64,000 bases of DNA. Source: a virus. The notes beneath the pieces were generated by a model. The model was not told the origin of the DNA. It did not search any database and saw only the letters and a program-made list of their open reading frames with translations. Made by a program: the position numbers and the translations under genes. How positions within the stretch are numbered: the first letter of the stretch is position 1; every line of letters begins with the position of its first letter. Of this stretch, positions 39,528 through 49,982 are shown one piece after another. Location of the stretch: positions 1 to 64,000 of the IMG/VR virus record IMGVR_UViG_3300028829_004140. One strand, written 5' to 3'.

Positions 39528-40132
39528 TGAAACGAAACCCTTCCCATTATTCCTATTGAATCAGGCTGTAAAGTATTCATTAATTCTAAATTTTGACCAG
39601 CAACATTTGCAAACGATCTAAACGTTGCACGTTCTACATCGTGAGTGTTTGCGCATGGCAAATTTTTCCATATGGTTTTAAGCGTTTTGGTTTTTCCAAA
39701 CATAAAAGCTGGACTTAACAACTTATCTTTTGCAGGATTTTTAGATGTGCTTAAACAAGAAAGTTTCTTATTATCAAAAACTTTATCAATATTATTAACG
39801 AAATAATTGTAGTCACATACAGCAGTATACATCAATCCTGCTTTTTCGCATGATGCCAAACCTTTGTTTATACACTGTTGGATATCTCTAATTAAAAATT
39901 TACTATCACTTGAAGCAGAAAGACATATGTCAAAAGTTCCTTCAATTCGGCTATCTATATCTTCTATAAATTTAGAATCTAGCATGTTTTCGCCAAAAGA
40001 CATAGAAACCGTAGTAAAAAAAGAATCTCCATTACTTAGTTCTTCAGATTTCCAATGTCCTACTCTTCTTACTAACAAATTCCAGTCAAACGCTTTATCT
40101 AAGCGTCCATAGAGTATGAGTCCATGTTTCAT
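39524..40132 (-). CDS. Hypothetical protein in glycan cluster
   Basis: Coupled ORF; no clear motif. Confidence 0.55.
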   Translation of the reverse strand: MKHGLILYGRLDKAFDWNLLVRRVGHWKSEELSNGDSFFTTVSMSFGENMLDSKFIEDIDSRIEGTFDICLSASSDSKFLIRDIQQCINKGLASCEKAGLMYTAVCDYNYFVNNIDKVFDNKKLSCLSTSKNPAKDKLLSPAFMFGKTKTLKTIWKNLPCANTHDVERATFRSFANVAGQNLELMNTLQPDSIGIMGRVSFQ

Positions 40133-40905
40133 TCTAGATATTCTCCACAGGTTTTGTCAAATAATTGTTTGATTGTAAGTCCCGTAATATCTGATGGTGT
40201 TTTATAGTATGAACAATCTATAGCATATTTTCTTGTATCTTCTTCTATCATTATGGCTCTTTTTTCTGCGGGAAGCACACAAACTTTTATGTCGCAACAC
40301 GTTTTAAACTTAACTCCACTGTAGTAGGACCGCATAGCCATCTCTCCATCGGCACAATAATATTGATAAGATGTGTTATAAAGCCCGTAATTACGAAATA
40401 CGTCTTTTTTGTAAATTCCGTAGTTCATAACCACCTCTCCCTTGATTGGGTTGGGATAGTCATAGTCGGCGCAATTGTGAAGATTCCATCCATTATCCCT
40501 CATTCCTGTGCAGATTGTCCATCTCAGTTCTTTCATAGATTGCGTATCACCTTCTTTCCAATTAAAAAGATAGGCATCATGATCGTCGCTAATCGTTTCA
40601 AAAACATCATCCCATGTATTGCAGAGAAGAACGTCATCATTCCATTGACAAATATTTTCATACGATGCGGTTTTTATGCCGAGGTTCATATAGTGTGGAT
40701 AAGAACTTCTCTTTCCAACTTCTACCAGTTTAATATTGGGATGATTTAAACGTTTGATATACTCTATGGTTCCGTCTGTGCTGCCACCGTCAACAAGGAC
40801 TAATTCGAGTCCATCTCCGCAATCTGACTGGACAGTATTTTCTATCAAGCCGCCCAAATATTTTAGGCGGTTTAATGTTCCTGTTACAATACTAATTCCT
40901 TGCAT
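40129..40905 (-). CDS. Glycosyltransferase family 2
   Basis: ISIVTGTLNR, LVLVDGGSTDGT, MNLG, WNDD. Start set at MQGISI. Confidence 0.85.
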   Translation of the reverse strand: MQGISIVTGTLNRLKYLGGLIENTVQSDCGDGLELVLVDGGSTDGTIEYIKRLNHPNIKLVEVGKRSSYPHYMNLGIKTASYENICQWNDDVLLCNTWDDVFETISDDHDAYLFNWKEGDTQSMKELRWTICTGMRDNGWNLHNCADYDYPNPIKGEVVMNYGIYKKDVFRNYGLYNTSYQYYCADGEMAMRSYYSGVKFKTCCDIKVCVLPAEKRAIMIEEDTRKYAIDCSYYKTPSDITGLTIKQLFDKTCGEYLE

Positions 40906-41509
40906 AAAAAGCATCTCCCCAACTCTGTGATTGCCAATAGGTTGCAAGTCTAGAAAATCCAAACTCTTCTAGAAATTCATCCAAATCTTCCACCATAGGA
41001 CACCCTTCGTAAACCTCGTCTCTGTTAACTTCTAGAATCATAGAGTCTACTGTTGTCAGCGAATTGACCGCACCCTTTAGAACTTCTAACTCATAACCCT
41101 GAACGTCTATATTGAGAAAATTGCAAACCGGATCGTAATAGTTGTCCAGAATGTCTACCTTCACACTTATAGAATCATTAAACAAAACATCGGTATGTTC
41201 TGTTAGGTGTTTTTTTGGCTTCATTAAAGAACTAGATGCACCACTACCCTGCTGAACTCCACCAGACCTCCAAGAAACATGCATTTCTTTTTCACATTGC
41301 CTAGATCCTAGTGCAACATTGTGGATCTTTTCGGAGTCTATCAGCTTGCCTTGCACTAGATTATATAAATCTGGCTGGGGTTCAAACATCACGGTGTTTT
41401 TTAATCCTAGATTTCTATAGCTGATTAACTCTTCGCCAGCGAAGGCTCCAACGTGCATGACACCGGTAATTGGAAATCTTGCATGAATTTTTCTAATGTC
41501 AAAAATCAT
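40892..41509 (-). CDS. FkbM-family methyltransferase
   Basis: MHVGAFAGEE, MFEP, NVALG, SSSL, FLNIDVQGYELEVLKG. Confidence 0.9.
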   Translation of the reverse strand: MIFDIRKIHARFPITGVMHVGAFAGEELISYRNLGLKNTVMFEPQPDLYNLVQGKLIDSEKIHNVALGSRQCEKEMHVSWRSGGVQQGSGASSSLMKPKKHLTEHTDVLFNDSISVKVDILDNYYDPVCNFLNIDVQGYELEVLKGAVNSLTTVDSMILEVNRDEVYEGCPMVEDLDEFLEEFGFSRLATYWQSQSWGDAFYARN

Positions 41510-41557
41510 TATCTAACCTTTCTACTAAATTCCAAACCGGAGCGCATTTCATAACTA

Positions 41558-42562
41558 TCACCTTGAATTTTCTCTAACTGTTCCGCCTAGAACCTTTATG
41601 TCTTGAATGACTCTGCCAGTCGTGCGCTCTTCTTTAATCATGGCATCCAGAATGTTAATTTCCTGATGGGCACATATAATGTTGTCTAAGTGTCCCGCTT
41701 TTTTTAGTGTTTTGTAACACACTCTATATCCATTGTTAAAATCTTCCAATAGACGATCTGCTTGAAGTGGATAAGTTTCTCCAGAGATGTTCTTAACAGA
41801 TTCATCATGATTGAAATAATCAGAGACTTGGTTGTTTGGACTATTTACAACGCATCCCAACGGAGGCATAATAACAAAAGGGGGACATTCTTGGCAAAAT
41901 CTTTGCAAGGCTCTTTCTAGTTCATTTGGATTTTGTTTCCATTTCTTAATTTTGTCAAGATAGCACAATTCTTCTGTCCAAGCTTGTACTACACTTTGTT
42001 GAAAAATGTGACCGTCTAGAGAAATGGGATAATTCCAATAGCCGCCATAGTAATGAATACTTCTGTCATAGTAAAGTAGACGTTCCCACTCTGTTGCGAG
42101 AGGTCGTGGATGCACAAAAGCCCCAAAATCGCCAACTTCCTGCTTGAACATTCCCTCAATCCCTGCTCCTGATCTGTATTGAGTATTCTCACCGAGCCGT
42201 AAACTTATATGACTTAATCGACCAACTTCCGATCCAAAAGCCCCATCAATCCATCGCTGCGTAAGCAGTATGTCATTGTAAAATATGTTATCATCGGTAA
42301 AAAACGCAATGTAAGGAGAAAGAGAGCATGACACAGCAACATCAACATCCTTAAACAAAGATTCACTCTGTTCCCAGAATGACACATTTGGATATTCTTT
42401 TGGTAATTTTTTGTATGCTTTTTCGTACTCTAAATTGCTACATTTGTAAATAACAATTTTTTCTTCAAATACGTCGTTTACGTCACACTTTTCCATGCTC
42501 GAAAGCAATAGGTCTAGTTGTAAAGGTCTATCCTTACTGAATATGATCGAAGTAATTGGCAA
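41558..42562 (-). CDS. Putative GT-A glycosyltransferase
   Basis: IIFSKDRPLQLDLLLSS and FFTDD motifs. Confidence 0.6.
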   Translation of the reverse strand: MPITSIIFSKDRPLQLDLLLSSMEKCDVNDVFEEKIVIYKCSNLEYEKAYKKLPKEYPNVSFWEQSESLFKDVDVAVSCSLSPYIAFFTDDNIFYNDILLTQRWIDGAFGSEVGRLSHISLRLGENTQYRSGAGIEGMFKQEVGDFGAFVHPRPLATEWERLLYYDRSIHYYGGYWNYPISLDGHIFQQSVVQAWTEELCYLDKIKKWKQNPNELERALQRFCQECPPFVIMPPLGCVVNSPNNQVSDYFNHDESVKNISGETYPLQADRLLEDFNNGYRVCYKTLKKAGHLDNIICAHQEINILDAMIKEERTTGRVIQDIKVLGGTVRENSR

Positions 42563-43496
42563 AACTTTTTTCTCCCTTATATCTATAGTACCAGCTAACA
42601 GTGTGTTTTAGTCCTTCGTAAAGGGGCATACTCGCCTCAAAACCAAAGACTTTATATGCTTTACTTACATCTAAGCATCGACGGGGTTGACCATTCGGCT
42701 TGTCTGAATGATAGGTAATATCGCCCGTGTATCCCATTATCTTTGCTAGTGTTAACACCAAGTCTCTGATTTTGATTTCGTTGCCAGTTCCTACGTTTAT
42801 AGGATGCGGAGTTGTTTCTTTTTCAATGCTTTTTCTGATTATTTCTGCACAATCATCAACGTACAAAAACTCTCTACTAGCGTCGCCTGTCCCCCAGATG
42901 TCTATGTTGTTACTTCCTCTGGAAATCGCTCTGTCTATCTTTAAAATTAGGGCAGGAATGACATGACTACTTTCCGGGTTAAAGTTATCATTTGGTCCGT
43001 ACATATTTACAGGTATTAGGTTTGTAGATTGTAAACCATACTGAGCATGGTAGGCGATAAGCATTTCTGTTAGAGTTTTTTTGGCTATCCCATATGGAGC
43101 ATTGGTTTCTTCTGGATAACCATTCCATATATCTTCTTCTTTAAATGGAACGGGCGTAAACTTAGGATAAGCACACACCGTTCCAACCATGATAAACTTT
43201 TTAAGTTTACCGTATTTCCTAGCTGTTTCAATAAGATTCATTCCCATGACTAGGTTTTCATACATGAACAGTCCGGGGTTTTGTTTATTAGCTCCTATTC
43301 CGCCGACTTTGGCAGCAAGGTGGACAATAACATCAGGAGTATTATGCGCGAATAAATACTCAACATGTTTTTGTTTTGTTAAGTCCCATTCGCCTCTTCC
43401 TCTTAGCGGAATAATAGTATCATTAGAATCCGATAACGCTTTGCGAACAGCCTTACCAAGAAAGCCAGTGCCGCCAGTAATTATAATTTTAGACAT
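42534..43496 (-). CDS. fcl: GDP-L-fucose synthase (GDP-4-keto-6-deoxymannose epimerase/reductase)
   Basis: TGGTGFLG, HLAAKVGGIGAN, GTVCAYPK, PYGIAKK, NMYGPNDNF..SSHVIPALI, WGTG..SREFLYVDD. Confidence 0.93.
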   Translation of the reverse strand: MSKIIITGGTGFLGKAVRKALSDSNDTIIPLRGRGEWDLTKQKHVEYLFAHNTPDVIVHLAAKVGGIGANKQNPGLFMYENLVMGMNLIETARKYGKLKKFIMVGTVCAYPKFTPVPFKEEDIWNGYPEETNAPYGIAKKTLTEMLIAYHAQYGLQSTNLIPVNMYGPNDNFNPESSHVIPALILKIDRAISRGSNNIDIWGTGDASREFLYVDDCAEIIRKSIEKETTPHPINVGTGNEIKIRDLVLTLAKIMGYTGDITYHSDKPNGQPRRCLDVSKAYKVFGFEASMPLYEGLKHTVSWYYRYKGEKSFANYFDHIQ

Positions 43497-44535
43497 TTAA
43501 TGTATCCTTATAAGCTTTCAAAATCCCGCCAGCCACATCACTGTATCCAAACGCTTCCATAATTGTTGCAATCCTGTGGAAGCCTGTGTGGTTTTCTGTA
43601 ACAATCTTTTGCCCTTTAAACATGATTTCAGACATAAGCATCCTACCTTCTATGGTATTTAAATAGTGTTCAATCTTATCTCTAAAATCTTCTGGAGAAT
43701 TCGCAATTACGATACCGTCACCAAACATCTTGTATCCTTCTACATTATCACTAACACAGAAGCCTCCCGCATACAAAATCTTGAATATTCTTTCATTTAC
43801 ATCGAATCCATATTCTTGCGCATGTGGCTCGCTTAGGTTAGGGCAGATTTTCGCAGAACGGAACAGATTTTTAACATCTGAATCTTCTATTAGGCCGCAG
43901 TATTGGTTGACAGGCCAAGGTTGATTACCGAATATTTTTACCTTATATTTTCCCAAAGGATGCAAAAGCGGTGTAAGATAACGATCCATCACTTGTGCTT
44001 TGTAAGGCCAATAACCTCCAACAAAACCAATATCGCATTTCAGCTTTTTGTCAAATTTTGCGTTGTTGTACTCAAAGGTGTCAGCGCACATCATTAACGA
44101 AATAGGTTTGATACCAATAGACTCAAAGTAATTATGTGTAACTTTTATAGCTTCTTCTGGATAATGAATGTGAACAAATTTAATTTGTCCCGTTTCTTGC
44201 TGTAGCCGTTCTAGTAACTTTCTTTCTTTTGTTCCGAGAGTTAGGATGTTAAATCTATCATGATCTATCTCCGAGGTTTGAGTGCCCCAGTCTCCAGCTC
44301 TTAATCCAACTTTTAAATGTGGTCTTTCCCTAATGCAATCTATGGTTGCTTTATTTAAGTTATAAGACTGTCCTAAAAATAGGTCTGGCTCAAATTGATC
44401 GAACACATCATATGCAGAATGTTCTTTTATTTCCCAAAATCCTACATCAAAACCATAGGCTCTTAAAGAGTTAGCCCAAGCTATTCTTTGATAGTAATGA
44501 GCATGTCTACCGTCATTTGCGATTAGTATCTTCAT
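43489..44535 (-). CDS. GT-B glycosyltransferase (CgeB/Glyco_trans_1_2-like)
   Basis: DIGFVG, AKICPN, NERIFKIL..GGF.VSD, V...HT..HR. Start set at MKILI. Confidence 0.8.
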   Translation of the reverse strand: MKILIANDGRHAHYYQRIAWANSLRAYGFDVGFWEIKEHSAYDVFDQFEPDLFLGQSYNLNKATIDCIRERPHLKVGLRAGDWGTQTSEIDHDRFNILTLGTKERKLLERLQQETGQIKFVHIHYPEEAIKVTHNYFESIGIKPISLMMCADTFEYNNAKFDKKLKCDIGFVGGYWPYKAQVMDRYLTPLLHPLGKYKVKIFGNQPWPVNQYCGLIEDSDVKNLFRSAKICPNLSEPHAQEYGFDVNERIFKILYAGGFCVSDNVEGYKMFGDGIVIANSPEDFRDKIEHYLNTIEGRMLMSEIMFKGQKIVTENHTGFHRIATIMEAFGYSDVAGGILKAYKDTLNV

Positions 44536-45239
44536 TGCATATCCCCTATTCTGTCGATTTCTTTGATTTGCATACCATCCGGCTCTAAACATTCAAAGCT
44601 ACCACCTAATTTTATTACTTCGTTAATTATTTCGAAAGACAATTTTTTCTTATCTCTGTCTTCAAATTTTTGCATGATTGAATTGAGTAGTTTAAATTCT
44701 TTACCTGTAAAGAAAGCCATCTGTGCCCATTTCAAACTAAGACCGTATGAAAGTATAGAAGCTTTGCCTTTTACCTTCGTGACACCGATTTCTTCTTCTT
44801 TAATCATTTTTTTTGAATCAACAATTATAAAAGATTTAGAATATGGTAACTGTAGGGTTTTTTCGTTGAAAATAATGTCGCCATGACAAAACATTAAATT
44901 TTGATGGCATGAGTTATTTAAACCTAGACGTAGACTTTCAGAAGAATTTGTAGAGGCGTAGAGTTGATTCTCTACAAATCTAATGCCTGTATTTTTTTTC
45001 TGCCTCTTTATTACCTTCGTTGCATAGCATCCCACGACGGCTATTATTTCAACGTTATCAAAATAATTAATAACGTTACTAACCTGATTGTCGATAATAC
45101 TTTCACACTTGTTTAATTTTAACAAACTTCTAGGCTCATATGATTTAATTTTCTTTCCACAACCAGCAGCAAGAATCACAAAACTAAGTCTGTCTTCTTT
45201 TAAATTATTCTTTTTTATTTTTCTTACGTTTCTAGTCAT
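44532..45239 (-). CDS. Nucleotidyltransferase (LicC/NTP_transf-like)
   Basis: VILAAGCG....EPRSLL, VEN..Y..TN...SL, GDIIF, EID. Confidence 0.8.
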   Translation of the reverse strand: MTRNVRKIKKNNLKEDRLSFVILAAGCGKKIKSYEPRSLLKLNKCESIIDNQVSNVINYFDNVEIIAVVGCYATKVIKRQKKNTGIRFVENQLYASTNSSESLRLGLNNSCHQNLMFCHGDIIFNEKTLQLPYSKSFIIVDSKKMIKEEEIGVTKVKGKASILSYGLSLKWAQMAFFTGKEFKLLNSIMQKFEDRDKKKLSFEIINEVIKLGGSFECLEPDGMQIKEIDRIGDMQ

Positions 45240-46012
45240 TACTTACCAGTAATTATTTTTGCGTTTTGTTGAAAAATTTCCGTAGTCATTTTCATAGATT
45301 GATTTCTTCCATGTTGGTTAGCGATGGCTAAACACTCTGGCACATGGGTAATCATACAAACCTTAGACAGTCTAAGCCATAAGTCATAGTCTTCTGTGCA
45401 ACCTATAAAGCCTTTACTAGCAGGACCGTGGAGTTCGGATCTATAAATCTCTCCATTAGGCATCCTTACTGCATCTAAGTATTCTTTTTTAATCAATGCG
45501 TTACTATGCACCATGCAATGCTGCCGCAAACCAGCCCTACTGTAAGAATCTTTGAACTCAAGCTTGGAATAATCCGGGAATACATTTTCGTAGTCTGCGT
45601 ATGCCACTCCTACTTCTTCGTGTTCGACAAGTTTGGCTACCAGCTTTTCAACCTTCTCTGGGTAGTAAGCGTCATCAGCATCTAGTACACCAATAATATC
45701 GGCCCAGTCCCAGCACATATCAATCGCTACATTACGGGCGACACTAGCACCAGAGTTTTCAATTCTTTTCCTAAAAAGGACACTATCTGTAACTTCCTCG
45801 ATAGTGTCCACCATTGGATTTCCGAATGGGTCTTTATCTTGAAAAAATCTCGTCCTTAAAATCTTTTCCCAAGAATCGTCAGATGATCCATCGTCTACAA
45901 CATACAAACGAAGCTCCCCTTTGTATGTTTGACCTATAATACTTTCTATGGCAGGAATAATGTAGTCCCCATAGTTATAATTCGCACAAATAATAGCAAC
46001 TTTAGGCAGCAT
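45239..46012 (-). CDS. Glycosyltransferase family 2
   Basis: IICANYNYG, VVDDGSSD, NSGASVARN, LDADD, EDYDLWLR. Start set at MLPKV (46012) with GGAGGAG RBS. Confidence 0.9.
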   Translation of the reverse strand: MLPKVAIICANYNYGDYIIPAIESIIGQTYKGELRLYVVDDGSSDDSWEKILRTRFFQDKDPFGNPMVDTIEEVTDSVLFRKRIENSGASVARNVAIDMCWDWADIIGVLDADDAYYPEKVEKLVAKLVEHEEVGVAYADYENVFPDYSKLEFKDSYSRAGLRQHCMVHSNALIKKEYLDAVRMPNGEIYRSELHGPASKGFIGCTEDYDLWLRLSKVCMITHVPECLAIANQHGRNQSMKMTTEIFQQNAKIITGK

Positions 46013-46834
46013 AAAACTCCTCCCAAGTGTAAACAGTTTTTGTGCCGCCCCTTTTCTCGGCTGCAAGAACCTTATTCAAGAAAAGAAGGATCGAGTATCA
46101 ACCATATCATCTTTGAAAACTTTTGCGCTATTTCCGTTTAAAAATTTAAACAGGAAGGCGGGAAATGTAAATCCCGAGAAAGGACTATCTGACTTCGGTA
46201 GTAGCATAACAATCTGCTTCATTTCTACGTTAACAAAATTATGGATTTTATTTAAGAAATTGTCAGGAACTTCGTCACCTGAAGTTAGACATTGTACCCA
46301 TCCATTTTGAAAATGAGTAAAAGTAGCGTCGATTATGGTAGATAAGTTCTTATGAGCTTGGTTTAATTGAACAATGTGATATTTGGTTACAGGGTCTTCT
46401 CCAAAGTAAGAAATAAACTTACCCCAAATATCTTCATTGTATTCAACCTTTTCCGTCACCACAATAATATATGGATGTTCTTTTCCGGTTGGTGTTTTTA
46501 TTTTTTTAATTGAAGCTAAGGTTTTATCAAGATCTTCAATTTCGTCACCCTTTGTATGATCTAATTTGATTATAAAACCTACTCTTGGAGCCACTTCTTT
46601 CATTGCGACTTCTTTAATATTCAGCCTGTCTTCGAATTCAAGATTGGAAATCCATTCTTCTGGACGGTAAGTATTGCAGAATCTTTCTAATGTAAAGGTT
46701 GTTTCGTCGGAAAGAGTTGAAAATCCTAGTTTTTCATGCCTTGCTAAATCGCAATCGACCTGCTTACCTCCCTCAAGCTTTGAGAAAACGCATCCTTCAC
46801 ATTTTGTTACTGGAGTTAATGATTCTGCCGACAT
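46002..46834 (-). pseudogene. Hypothetical glycan-cluster protein truncated by a 5-bp duplication frameshift (called ORF 46076..46834)
   Basis: Removing one TTCTT of TTCTT-TTCTT (46078-46087) extends the frame with FLNKVLAAEKRGGTKTVYTWEEFYAA*. This ends at 46002 and overlaps the next ATG like other coupled genes. Confidence 0.6.
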
Positions 46835-47229
46835 TAATTTGCCCTCTTTATTTTAAGTTGGAATTGACTCCCGTTTTGAATAAACATACGGGTCAAGGTT
46901 GTGAAATTATTAGGAATCAGTGTTTCAAGATATTCTAAAGACAAAAAAGAATTAATTCTATTTCCATAAAGGTTAACATTAGGAATATGTACTTGCGAAG
47001 GATTGGAACGAAGAGAATTAACATATTTACCGAAGTTAAAAACGTCTAACTCCTGAAAACATATAGTGCCACCAATTCTTATCTTGGAAAGTAGAGTTTC
47101 AACAACCTTTGAAACTTCTTCTTCTTTGAATTGACACAGAAACCAATCGCAGTTTATCTCTGTAACAGGATTATCTTGAATGTTAAAAACACTCATTCCG
47201 CTACTGGCGTTATTTAGTTCTATCTTCAT
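46834..47229 (-). CDS. Hypothetical protein, methyltransferase-like fragment
   Basis: LLSKIRIGGTI pattern resembles a class I methyltransferase C-terminal part; coupled gene. Confidence 0.5.
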   Translation of the reverse strand: MKIELNNASSGMSVFNIQDNPVTEINCDWFLCQFKEEEVSKVVETLLSKIRIGGTICFQELDVFNFGKYVNSLRSNPSQVHIPNVNLYGNRINSFLSLEYLETLIPNNFTTLTRMFIQNGSQFQLKIKRAN

Positions 47230-48269
47230 CTAAATTCTCCAACGGTTTTGTAAAGTAATTTGCTCCAACTCTGTACAAATCTGTCAAGACTATATCTTTC
47301 TTCAATTGTTTTGCGTCCAGCCTCACCGATTTTGCGAGCGAGTTCTGGTTTATCTAACAACTCCCTACACCAGAATTTCATATCCGATGCGTTATCGGCT
47401 ATGATTCCGTTTACACCGTGTTCAATGATTTCTGGAATCATACACGTCCCTGTTGTTACAACAGGACAACCACACGCCATAGCTTCCATCATTACCGATG
47501 GCACGGGCGAGTGAAGCGATGTGTTTAAGAACACGGCAGCGGTTTGATAGATATCTCTTAGATGCTCCCTGCATTGAGCGGGTTGGGAAAATCCGGCATG
47601 TTCCCCTGTGCATTTTCCTACTACTCGATAAGGAGCAATAGGGCTGGATGCCACTTCTTTCCATAAGCTAAAGCCGCAACACCAATCTCTTGAAGGAAAC
47701 TCATTAACAACCGATAAGCAATAAAGTTCTCTCGATGTATTACTAGCTCCCCAACCCTGATTCCAAAACTCTGTATCAACACCATGCTCTACTACACTAC
47801 TATTATCTGCTGAAAAACCCCAAGTGTCACGATTAAACTCGGAAATAAAGGAATTGCTGGAAACAGGAATTTCGCCATATCCCTTTATTTGCTGTTGAAC
47901 ATCACCTCTGACATCTGGCAAAACATGGCAATGTCTAAGGATCGGTATTGCTGTTTTATTAGCTTGTCCCCTTGTCTCACTAAGGAGGTCATGAGCGACC
48001 TGTAGACGGTTGCAAGAGGTATGGCTTAGTACAATGTCTATATCTAGGTAGTCGGGCAGAGAGTCGATTATGTGGTAGTTCTCTGGAACCGGTGCATATG
48101 TAGTGTCCCACTCCTTGCCAACTCTTAGAGAGTAAAAGTTGTGTCCAGTTTTACATAGATTTTCTTCGTATCGCTCATGTGTGGCAAAAGTTAATATGTT
48201 CAGCTTCCGGTCTGATGTGGGCCGGTTCATAATTAACTTAACCGATTTAGCCGACGCTCTAGCTGTCAT
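47226..48269 (-). CDS. Glycosyltransferase family 4 (GT-B)
   Basis: HGVDTEF, FLNTS..SP.P.VMMEAMACGCPVV, IEHGVNG. Confidence 0.9.
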   Translation of the reverse strand: MTARASAKSVKLIMNRPTSDRKLNILTFATHERYEENLCKTGHNFYSLRVGKEWDTTYAPVPENYHIIDSLPDYLDIDIVLSHTSCNRLQVAHDLLSETRGQANKTAIPILRHCHVLPDVRGDVQQQIKGYGEIPVSSNSFISEFNRDTWGFSADNSSVVEHGVDTEFWNQGWGASNTSRELYCLSVVNEFPSRDWCCGFSLWKEVASSPIAPYRVVGKCTGEHAGFSQPAQCREHLRDIYQTAAVFLNTSLHSPVPSVMMEAMACGCPVVTTGTCMIPEIIEHGVNGIIADNASDMKFWCRELLDKPELARKIGEAGRKTIEERYSLDRFVQSWSKLLYKTVGEFR

Positions 48270-49344
48270 TTAATAGCCCTTTCATTTCTAATCCTACGGT
48301 TTTGTGGAAATATCCATTGGCAGCAGTCTTGCACTGGTTTGCAACATCTTGTTTTATTTCTGGAACTACTAATGTTTCATACATTTTTCGCATTGCTTTA
48401 GAAAGTTCCACTATGTCAATATCTTTCCAAGTTGATGCGGATGTATCAATGTCTGGAAGGGATTCTACTGCACCAAAACAAGGAACGTCTCTAGATGGCA
48501 CCGGAATACCAATAACCTGATCCATGCCGATTCCTTCGGTCCATATGCTGGGAATACCCATAAACAAAACCTCAAGCGAAGGAATACAAAAAGACTCTCC
48601 ACGACTTGGCATAACAAAACAGTCTATCTGACTAAGAATGTCAATGTATTCTTTTTGCGGCACTGATCCCGAAATTATGACCTCTTCTGAAAAATCTTTT
48701 GATAGCTTGAGTCCTTTTCTGATGTGGTTGCAATATTCTTGTACATCTTTTACGGATTTTTTTGAAGTTTTAATAAAAAGTCTTACACTATCTCTCCCGT
48801 CAAAAGTCATATGAAAAGCTCTGACAAAAGCTTGGATGTTTTTTCTTTCAATAAATTCACCCACAAACCCAAATACAAAGTTGTCTTTCATCTCTTGTAT
48901 CGCAACTTGACCACTGGGTTTATATTGAGTAGGGTTTAGAGAATATTTGGCGAGTCTTACTGGAACCTTAACATTGCTTTCTAGGCAGATTTTACGAGTT
49001 ACTTCATTAGGAACCCAAATCTCGTCCATCATGTTACAATTTCTTGCCCAGTCAGTTTGATTAAAGTTAGAGGATTCAGCGCAAAGAACTCCAATATTTT
49101 TATCAAATTTACTGTTGTAACAGTAATTGCTAGGAAGTGTATGTTGAATAACTATATTACAACCCGTTTGTTCCTTCTTCTCTAGGCTTTGCACGATCTC
49201 ATTTTGAACCCTGTCTTCCGCTTCGTATGTAATAGCCCTCGGAACAACATCTACTCCGGCAGTGTTAAGTGCAAGTATATTGTTTAGCGCGGCGTTACCC
49301 CAGCCAGTTCCGTCTTTGTAGTGACCTATGTATAATACTTTCAT
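48259..49344 (-). CDS. Glycosyltransferase family 4 (GT-B)
   Basis: FGFVG...RKN, DCFVMPSRGESFCIP.LE. Confidence 0.85.
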   Translation of the reverse strand: MKVLYIGHYKDGTGWGNAALNNILALNTAGVDVVPRAITYEAEDRVQNEIVQSLEKKEQTGCNIVIQHTLPSNYCYNSKFDKNIGVLCAESSNFNQTDWARNCNMMDEIWVPNEVTRKICLESNVKVPVRLAKYSLNPTQYKPSGQVAIQEMKDNFVFGFVGEFIERKNIQAFVRAFHMTFDGRDSVRLFIKTSKKSVKDVQEYCNHIRKGLKLSKDFSEEVIISGSVPQKEYIDILSQIDCFVMPSRGESFCIPSLEVLFMGIPSIWTEGIGMDQVIGIPVPSRDVPCFGAVESLPDIDTSASTWKDIDIVELSKAMRKMYETLVVPEIKQDVANQCKTAANGYFHKTVGLEMKGLLNDS

Positions 49345-49982
49345 TATTCTAGCTTTTTAAATATCTCATGAAAAGTTATGTTATCTTCTGCTAAATGTCC
49401 CCACTCTTTAAAGAGTTCGTCATTTACATACCAGTCTTCTATTTTTTCATCCTCTCTTAATCCGACATTACCAAACAATATCTTGTATCCAAGGTCTTGA
49501 AATTTTTCTCTAGAGTAGTCCTTGTCCCCATCGTAAAACCCTTTAAAGTTTGGATTTCCTTCGGTGCTAAAGTTATGTTCATACGTCATAATCTTAAATG
49601 AATATTTGTTAAAATCGAACTCGTCTAATACTTTGCGTTGTGCCATGTCTACGTCAAAGGAAAGATAATCGAAGTGTTCTGGACAATCCCTTTCCGCAAG
49701 AACATCATTAATATTATGCTCCATAAGGTCGACACAATGCAAGCTCTTTCTATATTTAGAAGCGGAATCGTAATAAGTTTTGTCATAATCTAGCGCTATT
49801 CCCTGCCACTTAAAAACACTTTCCAAGGTCCAAGTATTACTCATAGAAGACCAGTGAGAGTATCTTAGATCTAAATCGCTAGTTCCACAACCTATGTCTA
49901 CAAAAAATCCCGGTTTGAATCTTGTTATCTTTGAAACAAATAAATCTTGACCAAACTGGCTGTAGAAATTAATTCGTTCCAT
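49344..49982 (-). CDS. FkbM-like methyltransferase
   Basis: FYSQFGQD, FVDIGC, SNT..LE...WQG, DYLSFDVD, TYEHN. Confidence 0.8.
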   Translation of the reverse strand: MERINFYSQFGQDLFVSKITRFKPGFFVDIGCGTSDLDLRYSHWSSMSNTWTLESVFKWQGIALDYDKTYYDSASKYRKSLHCVDLMEHNINDVLAERDCPEHFDYLSFDVDMAQRKVLDEFDFNKYSFKIMTYEHNFSTEGNPNFKGFYDGDKDYSREKFQDLGYKILFGNVGLREDEKIEDWYVNDELFKEWGHLAEDNITFHEIFKKLE

